Below, piece after piece: positions 20,970 through 30,835 of a stretch of DNA of 64,000 nucleotides. How positions within the stretch are numbered: position 1 is the stretch's first letter; the number at the start of each line of letters is the position of its first letter. Location: the sequence record OZ336093.1. One strand, 5' to 3'. The position numbers and the translations under genes are program-made. This stretch comes from a phage. Under the pieces are notes generated by a model. That model was not told where the DNA came from. It searched no databases and worked only from the letters and a program-made list of their open reading frames with translations.

Positions 20970-21024
20970 TTTTAACAACTATGAGGGTCGTAAAAGACCC
21001 TCTAAAAATAACTTTGGAGAGACC

Positions 21025-21282
21025 ATGAAAGATTTAATAGAAAAACATGAGCGGCCTATATACTTGCTCCACAAGCCTCGGAAAACGATGTACTATGTGA
21101 GTAGCACAGATATGATGATAAAACAAAAGGATGACTCATGGGTTGCTGGTATCTCTTACATCTCTATAGCAGATGGTAAAATCTACGCAAGACCTTATGA
21201 GATGTTTAACAAAGAAAATTGGGAAGTTTTAGACAGAAAACAAGCCTTAGAAATGATAAAGAAAGGAGAAATCACGCTATGA
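21025..21282 (+). CDS. hypothetical small protein
   Basis: 85 aa, GGAGAG RBS, ATGA overlap with nrdB start. Confidence 0.35.
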   Translation: MKDLIEKHERPIYLLHKPRKTMYYVSSTDMMIKQKDDSWVAGISYISIADGKIYARPYEMFNKENWEVLDRKQALEMIKKGEITL

Positions 21283-22352
21283 TTAACCAGCACCCAATCT
21301 TTTTAGGTGGTGAGAGAAAAACTTTTGACTCACTTAATAAACACTACCCAAAAATCTTTGAACTTTATAAACAACAAAAAGCACAAGATTGGTCAGAAGA
21401 TGAGTTCCCTTTTGAACAATCACGTCTTGATTTTGAGAGTGTACCAGCATCAATGTCAGGTGTAATGCTTGAGATTCTTAAGTGGCAGTGGGAAGCAGAT
21501 ACTCAAGTTGCTAAGAGCTTGGCATTTGCCTTTGCACCATTTATCTCTGATGACATCTATGCAACTGCAATTATGAAGCAGTCTGAGATTGAAAACCTAC
21601 ATGCTCTTACTTACTCAGAGATTGTAAGGCAATGTATTAAAAACCCTGAAACAATCTTAGATGAGATTAACCAGAATGTTGCTGTACAAGACCGATTAAA
21701 AACTGTGAATCGTGTTCTTGAAGAATTACTGGATGAAGGTATAAACTATCGTCTGAGTTATGTGCGTGATTCACTTCTGGACAAAGACCCTTTACACTTC
21801 CATAAAGTGATTCTGAAAGGGCTATTTGCAGTGACTGCACTTGAAGGTATATCTTTTATGGCATCCTTTGCATGTACCTTTGCACTTGATGCTCAAGATA
21901 AATTTCAGGGTATTGCTCAAGCTGTCCAGAAAATTATGCTTGATGAAATCCTTCACACTAAAATTGATATTGAAGTTTTAAAAGAAACTTTAAGAGATGA
22001 TGAGTGGCAGAAAGCTTTTCAACAAATTCTTCCAGAGATTAAAGTAATCTTAGATGAAGTAGTTGAAAGTGAAGAGAAATGGTCGTATTATATCTTCTCC
22101 GAAGGACGTGCTGTAGTTGGCTTAAATACAAAGCTTCTTCATGAGTGGGTTTACTATAATGCTGCCCCACTGTATGATATGTTTGGCATTCCCAGAGATT
22201 TTGTAGCTCCTAAAGAACCACCTTTGAAGTACATGATTAAGAAGATGGAAATTGATAAAGAGCAGAATGCTAATCAGGAGCAACAGAATGGTGCGTACCT
22301 ATTGAATACTGTTGTAGATGATTTGAATAGTGGATTTTTAGAGGTTCCTTAA
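21279..22352 (+). CDS. nrdB: ribonucleotide reductase class Ia beta subunit
   Basis: 357 aa immediately downstream of nrdA, AAGGAG RBS; size, position and the EILHTKID stretch are consistent with a di-iron R2 subunit (full ligand set not verified here). Confidence 0.85.
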   Translation: MINQHPIFLGGERKTFDSLNKHYPKIFELYKQQKAQDWSEDEFPFEQSRLDFESVPASMSGVMLEILKWQWEADTQVAKSLAFAFAPFISDDIYATAIMKQSEIENLHALTYSEIVRQCIKNPETILDEINQNVAVQDRLKTVNRVLEELLDEGINYRLSYVRDSLLDKDPLHFHKVILKGLFAVTALEGISFMASFACTFALDAQDKFQGIAQAVQKIMLDEILHTKIDIEVLKETLRDDEWQKAFQQILPEIKVILDEVVESEEKWSYYIFSEGRAVVGLNTKLLHEWVYYNAAPLYDMFGIPRDFVAPKEPPLKYMIKKMEIDKEQNANQEQQNGAYLLNTVVDDLNSGFLEVP

Positions 22353-22594
22353 TGACTTATGTAATTTACTCCAAAACTGGATGCCCTCAATGTGAGACTG
22401 CAAAGAATTTTGCAAAAGCTCGTGGTATTGAACATGTTGTGAGAATGTTAGGGCAGGATTATGAGCTATCAGACCTGATGGATATTGCACAGATGCCAGT
22501 TCGTCAGATGCCATTCATCATGAAAACTGATGGGCAAAACCTAAAGCCTGTTGGAACGCTACAGAATTTTATGGCAGAGGTGAATAATGCTTAA
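22352..22594 (+). CDS. glutaredoxin (NrdH-like redoxin)
   Basis: CPQC active-site motif near N-terminus, 80 aa, adjacent to RNR genes. Confidence 0.7.
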   Translation: MTYVIYSKTGCPQCETAKNFAKARGIEHVVRMLGQDYELSDLMDIAQMPVRQMPFIMKTDGQNLKPVGTLQNFMAEVNNA

Positions 22595-22793
22595 ACGCCT
22601 TTGGGAAGGTTTGGTTGTTGATGCACCAGCTATTGTGATTGGTATGCTTATTGTTAACCTATTTACTGACTTTGAACAAGGTTCATTGTTTGGAGCTATG
22701 TTACTATGGGTTATCTTCGAAATATTAGAGATACAGTTAGGTATCACTGAAAAACTAAGAGAACTCTTTTCGAAGTTTTCTAAAAAGATTTAA
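22587..22793 (+). CDS. hypothetical small membrane protein
   Basis: hydrophobic 68 aa ORF. Confidence 0.4.
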   Translation: MLKRLWEGLVVDAPAIVIGMLIVNLFTDFEQGSLFGAMLLWVIFEILEIQLGITEKLRELFSKFSKKI

Positions 22794-22800
22794 AATGAAA

Positions 22801-22823
22801 GGGTCTCTTCGGAGACCTTTTTA
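22801..22823 (+). terminator. rho-independent terminator
   Basis: GGTCTC-TTCG-GAGACC followed by TTTTT. Confidence 0.65.
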
Positions 22824-22841
22824 GCATGTAAAGGGGCAATA

Positions 22842-24986
22842 ATGAACAAAGTACAGATTATTAAAAAGAACGGCTCACTTGAAGAACCTGATATCAAAAA
22901 AGTTTTAGCAGCAGTCACAAAGTCAGCTAACAGAGTTGGTTATAAAGAGCTTCCACCAGATGTTACTCAAGCTCTTGAGTCAGCATTTATGAGGATTCTG
23001 GTAAAGTCCACTAAGCAGAATAATTTGCTAATTTCTGTAAATGATATTCACAGTATTGTTGAGGGTGCTTTGGCAGAAGTCAATCACGAGATTTATGAGT
23101 CTTACTCAACATATAGAAATTACCGTAAAGAAGTTGCTCAAAATTGGGATGAGCTTTACCAGAAGACCAAAGATACACTCTTCTTAGGTGACCGAGAAAA
23201 CGCTAATTTTGACAGCAGTTTAATTTCTACAAAAGGTTCAATTATTCGTGGTTATCTGACTAAAGAAATCTTTAAACAGTACCACTTAACACCAGAGGAA
23301 CTTGAAGCCATTGAAAAAGGGTTTATCTATATCCATGATTTAAGAGACCTAATTTTTGGTGGTATCAACTGTTGCCTGTTTGACATTGGTAAAGTCCTGA
23401 AAGGTGGCTTTGAAATGTCTGGCATCGAATATTGTGAACCGAAGTCTGTACTGTCAGCCTTACAGGTTATTGGTGATGTAGTTCTTTCAGCAACTGCACA
23501 GCAATTTGGTGGTTTTACTTTAGCAGAGATTGATAAGGTACTTGTACCGTATGCTAAGAAGTCTCTACGCTATCATGCTGAGAAAGCATCATCTTATGGT
23601 ATTCCTAAAGAGCATTACCACAATTATGTAATGGAGCAGTTACAAATTGAACTGACTCAAGGTTTTCAGTCACTTGAGATGAAACTAAATACCGTGCCTT
23701 GTAGCCGTGGTGATTTTGCATTCACAACTTTGACATTCGGGTTACTTGAATCAGATATGTCCAATGAAGATAACCGACTGCAATATATGATTGCAAGTAC
23801 TCTCCTAGATGTTCGTATGAATGGTCAAGGTAAGAGCAAGAAACCTGTTGTATTCCCTAAACTGGTTTATATTTATGACCAGAAGAGACATAATGAGAAT
23901 ATCTGCCAAGGCCACCTGTACAGTAAAGCTATAGAGTGTTGCTCTAAAGCGATGTATCCAGATTTCTTAAGTGTGTCTGGTCATGGTGCTGTAGCAGAAG
24001 CTTTTGAGCGTTCTGGCAAGGTAATTTCGCCGATGGGTTGTAGAGCCTTCTTATCTCCATATCTTAATGAGGATGGGGAAGAGTTCTACGTTGGTCGTGC
24101 TAACATTGGTGCTGTATCTTTGAACTTACCGATGATTTATCAGTACGCCAAAGAGAATGGTTTAGATTTCTGGAAAGAGCTTGATAAGTACCTAGAGATG
24201 ATTCGCAGCTTCCACAAGAAACGCTACGAAATGATTGCTAATATGCCAGCAAGTTCTAACCCTCTCGCATTCACACAGGGTGGTCTATACAAAGGGAATA
24301 AGAAACCTACTGATAAGGTTGGCTGGGATATCGTGAAGTCCTTCACAGCTTCTTTTGGGGTTACTGCGCTTGATGAATTATCTGTTCTTGCTGAAGGTAA
24401 ACGACTTCATGAAGTTGGAAGTTGCAGTTTTGCATACGATGTTCTGGAATACATCAACATGAAAACTGAAGAGTTTAAAAATGAAGATGGTTTCTTATAT
24501 GCAGTCTATGGCACTCCAGCAGAATCACTTTGTGGAACTCAGCTAAAACAGTTCAGAGATATGTTTGGAGTTATCAAAGGTGTTTCTGATAAGGAATACT
24601 TTACAAACAGCTTCCATATGAATGTTGCAGCAGACATCACACCATTTGAGAAGCAGGACTTAGAAGAACCTTTCTTCCATATCTGTAGAGGTGGCAGAAT
24701 CCAGTATGTAAGGGTAGCTAATCCAGAAAACTTATCAGCACTTAAGAGTTGTATTACAAGAGGGATGTTGAAAGGTTTCTATCAGGGACTTAACTTTGAC
24801 TTAGCAATCTGTGAACATTGTGGTAACAGACCAAAGGCTGATGTTGAAGAGTGTGAGGTTTGCCATTCACATGATATCTCTGTGATTAACAGGGTGTGTG
24901 GGTATCTTGGATGGACTAAGATTAAAGGTGAATCCCGAATGAACGATGCAAAAATCGCTGAGATTCGTGATAGAGTCTCTATGTAA
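22842..24986 (+). CDS. nrdD: anaerobic ribonucleoside-triphosphate reductase (class III)
   Basis: C-terminal glycyl-radical motif RVCGYLG, Cys-rich C-terminus, N-terminal ATP cone. Confidence 0.9.
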   Translation: MNKVQIIKKNGSLEEPDIKKVLAAVTKSANRVGYKELPPDVTQALESAFMRILVKSTKQNNLLISVNDIHSIVEGALAEVNHEIYESYSTYRNYRKEVAQNWDELYQKTKDTLFLGDRENANFDSSLISTKGSIIRGYLTKEIFKQYHLTPEELEAIEKGFIYIHDLRDLIFGGINCCLFDIGKVLKGGFEMSGIEYCEPKSVLSALQVIGDVVLSATAQQFGGFTLAEIDKVLVPYAKKSLRYHAEKASSYGIPKEHYHNYVMEQLQIELTQGFQSLEMKLNTVPCSRGDFAFTTLTFGLLESDMSNEDNRLQYMIASTLLDVRMNGQGKSKKPVVFPKLVYIYDQKRHNENICQGHLYSKAIECCSKAMYPDFLSVSGHGAVAEAFERSGKVISPMGCRAFLSPYLNEDGEEFYVGRANIGAVSLNLPMIYQYAKENGLDFWKELDKYLEMIRSFHKKRYEMIANMPASSNPLAFTQGGLYKGNKKPTDKVGWDIVKSFTASFGVTALDELSVLAEGKRLHEVGSCSFAYDVLEYINMKTEEFKNEDGFLYAVYGTPAESLCGTQLKQFRDMFGVIKGVSDKEYFTNSFHMNVAADITPFEKQDLEEPFFHICRGGRIQYVRVANPENLSALKSCITRGMLKGFYQGLNFDLAICEHCGNRPKADVEECEVCHSHDISVINRVCGYLGWTKIKGESRMNDAKIAEIRDRVSM

Positions 24987-24998
24987 AAACTTGACAAG

Positions 24999-25037
24999 GT
25001 GATGTAGGTCTTGATAGGCTTACATCACCTTTTTTAT
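24999..25037 (+). terminator. rho-independent terminator
   Basis: GGTGATGTA..TACATCACC stem followed by TTTTTT. Confidence 0.65.
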
Positions 25038-25141
25038 TGGATGTTAGATATGGCAGAGAGTATTATTGGGTTGTTCATAGGTTCTGTCTTACTAGGGTTC
25101 TTTTTAGGACTTTCTTATTGTGAATTGAAAGGTAAGTTAAA

Positions 25142-25342
25142 ATGTTTAAGATATCAAAAGCGTTGATATACATACTCCATATTCTAGTCTTCTTCTTTGG
25201 GGTTAGTGTTATGGTATGGGGTTTTTCAGACCCACAATGGAGTTTCTCATATCATGGTCAGATGGATTTATGGTCATGCTTCAAACCATTTTTAGGGTTA
25301 GTCATAGCATTCAGTGCATTACCAACTAAGGTGAAATTATGA
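25142..25342 (+). CDS. hypothetical small membrane protein
   Basis: 66 aa with two hydrophobic segments. Confidence 0.4.
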   Translation: MFKISKALIYILHILVFFFGVSVMVWGFSDPQWSFSYHGQMDLWSCFKPFLGLVIAFSALPTKVKL

Positions 25343-25734
25343 TTAAGTTGAACAAAAAACAGTTTGAGTGGATTAAAGATTATGCCTCAGAGTGTGGCTC
25401 TTGTGAAAAGAATCACGTAAGGTACTCAACATTCCATACAGCCTTTACATTATATCTCAGCGAAAACGTTCTAGCTGATTCTGTAGAAGATGGTGTGTCA
25501 TTACCTAATGAGTTACTTGATAAATTAGCTGTAGTTACTGGAACTTGGTCTGAAGAAGATGGTCATGAGTTATCTGATGATGTTGTCTTCTACAGTCTTG
25601 AAAACATTATGAATCCAGAGTATATTGCACTAATGACCTGTGCACAAGACTGTGTAATCTTGCAGGATTTCATCAAGAAACACTGCGAAGAGTTTATTAC
25701 TAAACAGGTTCCTTGTCAGGTGGTGTTTGAATGA
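25339..25734 (+). CDS. hypothetical protein
   Basis: 131 aa ORF. Confidence 0.45.
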   Translation: MIKLNKKQFEWIKDYASECGSCEKNHVRYSTFHTAFTLYLSENVLADSVEDGVSLPNELLDKLAVVTGTWSEEDGHELSDDVVFYSLENIMNPEYIALMTCAQDCVILQDFIKKHCEEFITKQVPCQVVFE

Positions 25735-26030
25735 GTAAAACAATTCGAAGAAAAGGTTTAAAGAACGTTCATGGACTCTACGAGTGGAGAAATGAGGTAC
25801 GTAACAGAGAAAATGCTTCAGATGTCTACTTCCATTCTGATATGATGTCCAGAAAAGGTGGCTCTTACGACTTCACAAGCCAGCCTTGTAGAGAGATTAA
25901 GAAGGCCACTAAACGTCTTACAAGAACACAAATAAGGCAGCTTTCTAAGACATCCTTCTTAGATGAAGATTTTGATATTGATAGCAAGTCTCCAAAGAAA
26001 GCCGCTAAGAACACTTATATGTATTGGTGA
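25731..26030 (+). CDS. hypothetical protein
   Basis: 99 aa basic ORF. Confidence 0.45.
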   Translation: MSKTIRRKGLKNVHGLYEWRNEVRNRENASDVYFHSDMMSRKGGSYDFTSQPCREIKKATKRLTRTQIRQLSKTSFLDEDFDIDSKSPKKAAKNTYMYW

Positions 26031-26039
26031 GGTAACTAG

Positions 26040-26525
26040 ATGAATTACATGGAGATTCGACCATTTGACACAGCTAATGGTGAAGGGGTTCGTGTAAGCC
26101 TCTTCGTAGCTGGTTGTAAGCACCACTGTGAAGGTTGCTTTAATAAGGAATCTTGGAAGTTTAATGCTGGTAAAGAGTTCACTTATGCAAACCTTTATGG
26201 CATCATTAAGTTAATGGATGATAATGCCATCAGTGGGCTGTCAATACTTGGTGGAGAACCTCTGGATGATAGAAACATTCAAGAGGTTACCAACATATGC
26301 AAACGTATTAAAACCGTTTACCCAGAAAAATCTATCTGGCTCTGGACAGGTTTTCAGTTACATGAAAAAATTCACCTTGATGTGATGAAATATGTTGACG
26401 TGGTGATTGATGGTAAGTATGATTCATCTAAACCAACAGTTAAACCATATCGTGGTTCTGATAACCAAAACCTCTGGAGAAAAGAGTATGGGTGGCAAGG
26501 TGATTGTCAGTGGAGAGCAGAGTGA
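26040..26525 (+). CDS. nrdG: anaerobic RNR activating protein (radical SAM)
   Basis: CKHHCEGC cluster in N-terminal region, 161 aa, downstream of nrdD. Confidence 0.75.
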   Translation: MNYMEIRPFDTANGEGVRVSLFVAGCKHHCEGCFNKESWKFNAGKEFTYANLYGIIKLMDDNAISGLSILGGEPLDDRNIQEVTNICKRIKTVYPEKSIWLWTGFQLHEKIHLDVMKYVDVVIDGKYDSSKPTVKPYRGSDNQNLWRKEYGWQGDCQWRAE

Positions 26526-26607
26526 TTATTCTGGCAAATGGACTAAGGTATAACTCCAATTGGTATCACTGAAGAAGAACTTCATAAGTTCTGTATTAAA
26601 CTTTAAT

Positions 26608-26631
26608 GAGAGAGAGAGAGAGAGAGAGAGA
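26608..26631. repeat. (GA)12 dinucleotide microsatellite
   Basis: gagagagagagagagagagagaga immediately upstream of ATG at 26638. Confidence 0.9.
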
Positions 26632-26637
26632 CTAAAA

Positions 26638-26904
26638 ATGGGAATTTTAGGTAATATGAAAGCTGGATTCTTGAAGGCACTGGCAAAAGCAGCAGCAATT
26701 GTTTCTATGACTGGAAAGCAGGTCGGTGTAGATGCTTCAGCGGTTGCACAGGTTCTTACAAGCCAAATTGAACAGCAGCCTTACATCTATGTAGGTCGTG
26801 GCAAAGGTGGTAAGAAACAAGCCCACCGTCCGTCTGGTGCAGCAGCTATTAAACGAGCAGCTAAGAAAGCTCGTAACCGTAAACGTAATAAGAAGGCTAA
26901 ATAA
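26638..26904 (+). CDS. hypothetical basic protein (Lys/Arg-rich C-terminus)
   Basis: start chosen at Met after the GA repeat; C-terminus AAIKRAAKKARNRKRNKKAK. Confidence 0.45.
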   Translation: MGILGNMKAGFLKALAKAAAIVSMTGKQVGVDASAVAQVLTSQIEQQPYIYVGRGKGGKKQAHRPSGAAAIKRAAKKARNRKRNKKAK

Positions 26905-26906
26905 TC

Positions 26907-27227
26907 ATGAGCAAAGTTTATAACACTCGTAAATTACAGATTTTCTTACTGTGCCAGTTTATGGCTAGAGAGCATAACTCCTACTATTGTGGTACAGGAT
27001 TCATTAGTGATAATGATGGCTCATATCTCCCATTCAAAGAGGCTGTAAAACTCTTCAATGAAGAGAAAAGCTCTGAGAAAGATATTGAAAAGGTTAAATT
27101 AACCTATAGTAAGAAAGATAAGAAGATTATCTGCCTAGATAACTTTGTGAAAGTTACCAAAGAAACTAAAGAGTTAATGGAAGAAAGTGAAATTCCATTC
27201 ACAAGAATCTTGAAAGTAGCTCAGTAA
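26907..27227 (+). CDS. hypothetical protein
   Basis: 106 aa ORF. Confidence 0.45.
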   Translation: MSKVYNTRKLQIFLLCQFMAREHNSYYCGTGFISDNDGSYLPFKEAVKLFNEEKSSEKDIEKVKLTYSKKDKKIICLDNFVKVTKETKELMEESEIPFTRILKVAQ

Positions 27228-27250
27228 GCAGATACTATAAGGGAACTGTA

Positions 27251-27276
27251 AAGGTTCCCTTTTTATTTTGGAGATA
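27251..27276 (+). terminator. rho-independent terminator
   Basis: GGGAAC-TGTAAAG-GTTCCC followed by TTTTT. Confidence 0.6.
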
Positions 27277-27278
27277 AT

Positions 27279-27794
27279 ATGTATCTGTCAAATCTGAAAC
27301 GTTCTGCTGCAATGTCAGTGTTAAGACTCAGTTTTGAGGAACGTCAAGAGTTCATTGACTCCCACCAATACGACCCTTCCAACTCCAATCACATGATTCT
27401 CTGGAATCGTGAGAGTACTCGTGAAAGAGCATTATTTCGATATTACCCACACTATACCATAGACAACCTATATGAATGCTTTGTTGTGAAGAACACCATT
27501 ACAGTACTCAATAAACTTTGCAGATACACAGGCAGTCAATCCTTCACATTAGGTCACCACAAACCTGTTACAAAAGGTGGTGAACATCACTGTGCAAACT
27601 GGTTTATCCAGACTAAACTTGATAACCAGAAGCAAGGGGATAGTCTTTTAAGTACCCCTAAGATGACCTACGAAGAGCAAGAGAAATATATCAAAAACAA
27701 TATGCCAGATGTGCTTGACAACAACTATACAGATTTGGCAATATCTCTCCTGTTGAAGTTCGAGACAGTTTATAGGGCAACTTATAATGGCTAA
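27279..27794 (+). CDS. HNH endonuclease
   Basis: HNH core GHHKPVTKGGEHHCANWFIQTKLDNQKQG. Confidence 0.65.
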   Translation: MYLSNLKRSAAMSVLRLSFEERQEFIDSHQYDPSNSNHMILWNRESTRERALFRYYPHYTIDNLYECFVVKNTITVLNKLCRYTGSQSFTLGHHKPVTKGGEHHCANWFIQTKLDNQKQGDSLLSTPKMTYEEQEKYIKNNMPDVLDNNYTDLAISLLLKFETVYRATYNG

Positions 27795-28065
27795 AGAGAA
27801 GTGGGAGATTTTACCATTAGTCAGTGAAGGTGGTAATGGTTGTGAGATGTACATGATACGTGGTCATGTTCCAGAACCAATTGCACTTGAGATGGTAAAC
27901 AACTTTACAGATGGCTCTTACAAAGACTTAGGAGAGCCAACTATAAAGCAGCAATGGGTAAAGCCTGTACCAGACAGCACAGGTAACTGTAGTGTACTTT
28001 ATCACGTTGTAGACCCTGCAAAATGCAAATCTGCAATGGCAGTAACAAACGTAACTTTTGATTGA
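27787..28065 (+). CDS. hypothetical protein
   Basis: 92 aa ORF. Confidence 0.45.
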   Translation: MAKEKWEILPLVSEGGNGCEMYMIRGHVPEPIALEMVNNFTDGSYKDLGEPTIKQQWVKPVPDSTGNCSVLYHVVDPAKCKSAMAVTNVTFD

Positions 28066-28076
28066 GAGAGAAAACT

Positions 28077-28958
28077 ATGAAAACATCTATCCGTGTTACA
28101 GTTCATTCACCAACTAAAGGGACTCATGAAGAAGAGTTTAACATCGTCCAATTCCCTTCTGGTGAGATTGGTGGACACTTTTCGCCAGAGTTTGTTGATT
28201 TTACTGCTTATGCAGCATCATCTATCAACAATGTGATTATGATTGTAAAAGGTTATGATAAGGACACATTGTTTGCTGTGGCACTTGCTAAAGAAGCAAT
28301 TGATGATTTAGTACCTCATAAGTTTGCTATGAAGACTGCTATCTTTTACTATTTGCCAAATGCACGTTACGACCGTCACATGTTTAAAGGTGATGCAGCA
28401 GCTTTGAAAGTGTTTGCACAACAGGTTAATGCAATGGGTTTTGATGCAGTCTGTGCAGTTGACCCTCACAGCTATGTACCAGATAACCTGTTTAACTGCT
28501 TCCAGAGTATTCCTCAAAAGGAAATTGCAGTCCACTATGCAAATGACCCACTGATTGATTACTTAGTAGCCCCAGATGCAGGTGCTGCTAAGAAGATTGC
28601 AGAGACTGCTAAAGAGGTGGATAAACCATACATCACAATGTCTAAAGTGCGTAACCTTAAGACTGGTGAAATTACTGGTATGCGAATCCTTGATGATGTT
28701 GATTTGACAGATAAAACCGTCATGATTCTGGATGATATCTGTGATGGTGGTCGAACCTTCATAGAAGCAGCGAAGCATCTTCGTGAAGCAGGTGCAAAAC
28801 GTGTGGAACTTTATGTAACACATGGTATCTTCTCTAAAGATGTTGAAAACCTTCTTGACAATGGTATCGACCATATTTACACTACAAACTCTTTAGGCGA
28901 AGCTAAAGACCGTGGCTTAACACATTACAGTCAAGTTACTGTAGCAAACCTTGATTGA
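28077..28958 (+). CDS. ribose-phosphate pyrophosphokinase-like enzyme (Prs family; could be an ADP-ribose pyrophosphokinase)
   Basis: PRPP-binding motif VMILDDICDGGRTFIEAAKHLREAGAKRVELYVTHGIFS; start at ATG after GAGAGAG RBS. Confidence 0.8.
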   Translation: MKTSIRVTVHSPTKGTHEEEFNIVQFPSGEIGGHFSPEFVDFTAYAASSINNVIMIVKGYDKDTLFAVALAKEAIDDLVPHKFAMKTAIFYYLPNARYDRHMFKGDAAALKVFAQQVNAMGFDAVCAVDPHSYVPDNLFNCFQSIPQKEIAVHYANDPLIDYLVAPDAGAAKKIAETAKEVDKPYITMSKVRNLKTGEITGMRILDDVDLTDKTVMILDDICDGGRTFIEAAKHLREAGAKRVELYVTHGIFSKDVENLLDNGIDHIYTTNSLGEAKDRGLTHYSQVTVANLD

Positions 28959-28966
28959 AAGTTTAT

Positions 28967-28988
28967 AGGGGCTTAAAAGCCCCATTTT
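28967..28988 (+). terminator. rho-independent terminator
   Basis: GGGGCTT-AAA-AGCCCC followed by ATTTT. Confidence 0.5.
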
Positions 28989-29003
28989 GAGAGAGATTAA
29001 AAG

Positions 29004-30785
29004 ATGACTAAATCACTTTATGCAGTACCAGCAGGTTTAAACGCAGATGCTTACAAATCTGGTCATGTTTACCAGTACCCTAGTGCAACAGAATACTTGA
29101 TGTTCAACCTGACACCACGTAGTGACAAATGGTTTAACAGCCCATTAGCAATTGATGGTGTAGTAGCTTTTGGTATTCAACGTTTCGTTAAAGATTACTT
29201 GATAGACCACTGGAACGCCACTTTCTTTGAACGTGATAAAAAAGAAGCCATTGATGAAATATTAGAAGTCATGAATGGTGTTCTGGGTAAAGATGCTATC
29301 GGTCGAGAGCATTGGGAAGCACTTCACGACTTAGGTTATCTACCAGTTGAAGTATACGCTGTAGAAGAAGGTACAGTTGTCCCTATGCGTGTCCCAATGA
29401 TTGTCTTCCAGAACACTGTTTCAGGTTTCCATTGGGTAGCGGGGTATCTGGAAGATGCTTTCTCTGCTGAGATTTGGAAGGCTTGTACCATTGCAACTAT
29501 TGCATTGCATTATAAACGCATCTGTAAGAAGTGGGCTGACCTTACTTGCGACAACGACTTACATTTACCTTATCAGTGCCATGACTTTGCTATGCGTGGT
29601 ATGTCCGGCTTTACTGATGACGCATTTAACGCTGTAGGCCACTTAACCAGCTTTAAAGGAACTGATAGCTTCCCTGCTGTGTATACGGCTAAACGAATCT
29701 ATGGACAGTCTTACCCAATCTCTGATATTGGTAGCTCTGTACCAGCCACTGAGCACTCTGTAATGTGTGCAAACATTGCTTGGGAAGGTGGTAATGAGTT
29801 GATTGAAGAAGAAAGACGCTTTAAAGGTGAGTTACAAACCTTCCGTCGTTTCTTAACAGAAACTTACCCAACTGGTATTGCAAGTATTGTTTCAGATACT
29901 TATAACTTCTGGAGAACTGTGTCAGAAATCTTACCAGCACTCCGTAAAGAAATTATGGAACGTGATGGTAAACTGGTAATTCGCCCTGACTCTGGAGACC
30001 CTGTACATATTGTCACAGGTTATAAAGCAATCCACTTAGAGTGTGCTAAAAAGGCTTATTACGAGCACCTAAGCAAGCTTGAAGCCAGCGACACAATGTT
30101 GAATGCTGTTCTGAACATGAAGCTTGAAAACATCAACTATGGTATTGCTGGATGGCTACTGTCAGAAGGCTACGAAATGGTTGTTGACAGAGAAGACTTT
30201 GAAGTTGCTGATACAGTGCTGTTGAAAAACGCTTATATGGTTGGTTCTGCAAACGTTGTAACACGTCCTGTAGCGGAGATTGATGGAGCTATCAAGACAC
30301 TGTATAACATCTTTGGGGGAACTATTAACTCTAAAGGGTTTAAGGTACTGGATGAGCACATCGGCCTTATCTATGGTGACTCTATCACGCTGGAACGTGC
30401 AAACGAAATCATGAAGCGTCTGTATGAAATGGGTTTTGCAAGCTCTAACGTAGTATTTGGTGTAGGCTCTTACACTTACCAGTACATGACTCGTGACACC
30501 TTTGCATTTGCTGTCAAAGCAACTCTTGCAAGCATTGGTGGTAAAGAGATTATGCTTGCAAAAGACCCTAAAACAGATAGTGGTGTTAAGAAATCTGCCT
30601 TTGGTGGTGTAGCACCTATGTGGGATGGTGAAAATCTGAAAGCTGTAGATGGCTATGGGTTCCAGAGCTTTGCAGATGCACTTGAACACCCAGCTTGTGC
30701 TTTACGTCTAGTCTTTAGTGACTCTGAGCAGTTCGGCTACACAACTCTTGGTGATATTCGAAATAATATTGACAAGCAGCTTTAA
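29004..30785 (+). CDS. nadV: nicotinamide phosphoribosyltransferase-like enzyme (NadV/NAMPT family)
   Basis: 593 aa with NAMPT-like layout, directly downstream of Prs-like gene. Confidence 0.8.
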   Translation: MTKSLYAVPAGLNADAYKSGHVYQYPSATEYLMFNLTPRSDKWFNSPLAIDGVVAFGIQRFVKDYLIDHWNATFFERDKKEAIDEILEVMNGVLGKDAIGREHWEALHDLGYLPVEVYAVEEGTVVPMRVPMIVFQNTVSGFHWVAGYLEDAFSAEIWKACTIATIALHYKRICKKWADLTCDNDLHLPYQCHDFAMRGMSGFTDDAFNAVGHLTSFKGTDSFPAVYTAKRIYGQSYPISDIGSSVPATEHSVMCANIAWEGGNELIEEERRFKGELQTFRRFLTETYPTGIASIVSDTYNFWRTVSEILPALRKEIMERDGKLVIRPDSGDPVHIVTGYKAIHLECAKKAYYEHLSKLEASDTMLNAVLNMKLENINYGIAGWLLSEGYEMVVDREDFEVADTVLLKNAYMVGSANVVTRPVAEIDGAIKTLYNIFGGTINSKGFKVLDEHIGLIYGDSITLERANEIMKRLYEMGFASSNVVFGVGSYTYQYMTRDTFAFAVKATLASIGGKEIMLAKDPKTDSGVKKSAFGGVAPMWDGENLKAVDGYGFQSFADALEHPACALRLVFSDSEQFGYTTLGDIRNNIDKQL

Positions 30786-30798
30786 AAGTATATGATAA

Positions 30799-30823
30799 GA
30801 GGCTCCTACGGGAGCCTTTTTAA
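30799..30823 (+). terminator. rho-independent terminator
   Basis: GAGGCTCC-TACG-GGAGCCTTTTT. Confidence 0.65.
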
Positions 30824-30835
30824 TTTCTGGAGAAG

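Noticed and set aside
26560-26637. N-terminal extension of the basic protein reading through the GA repeat (ERERERER)
   Set aside because: Translation of a dinucleotide repeat is more likely incidental; the downstream ATG has better context
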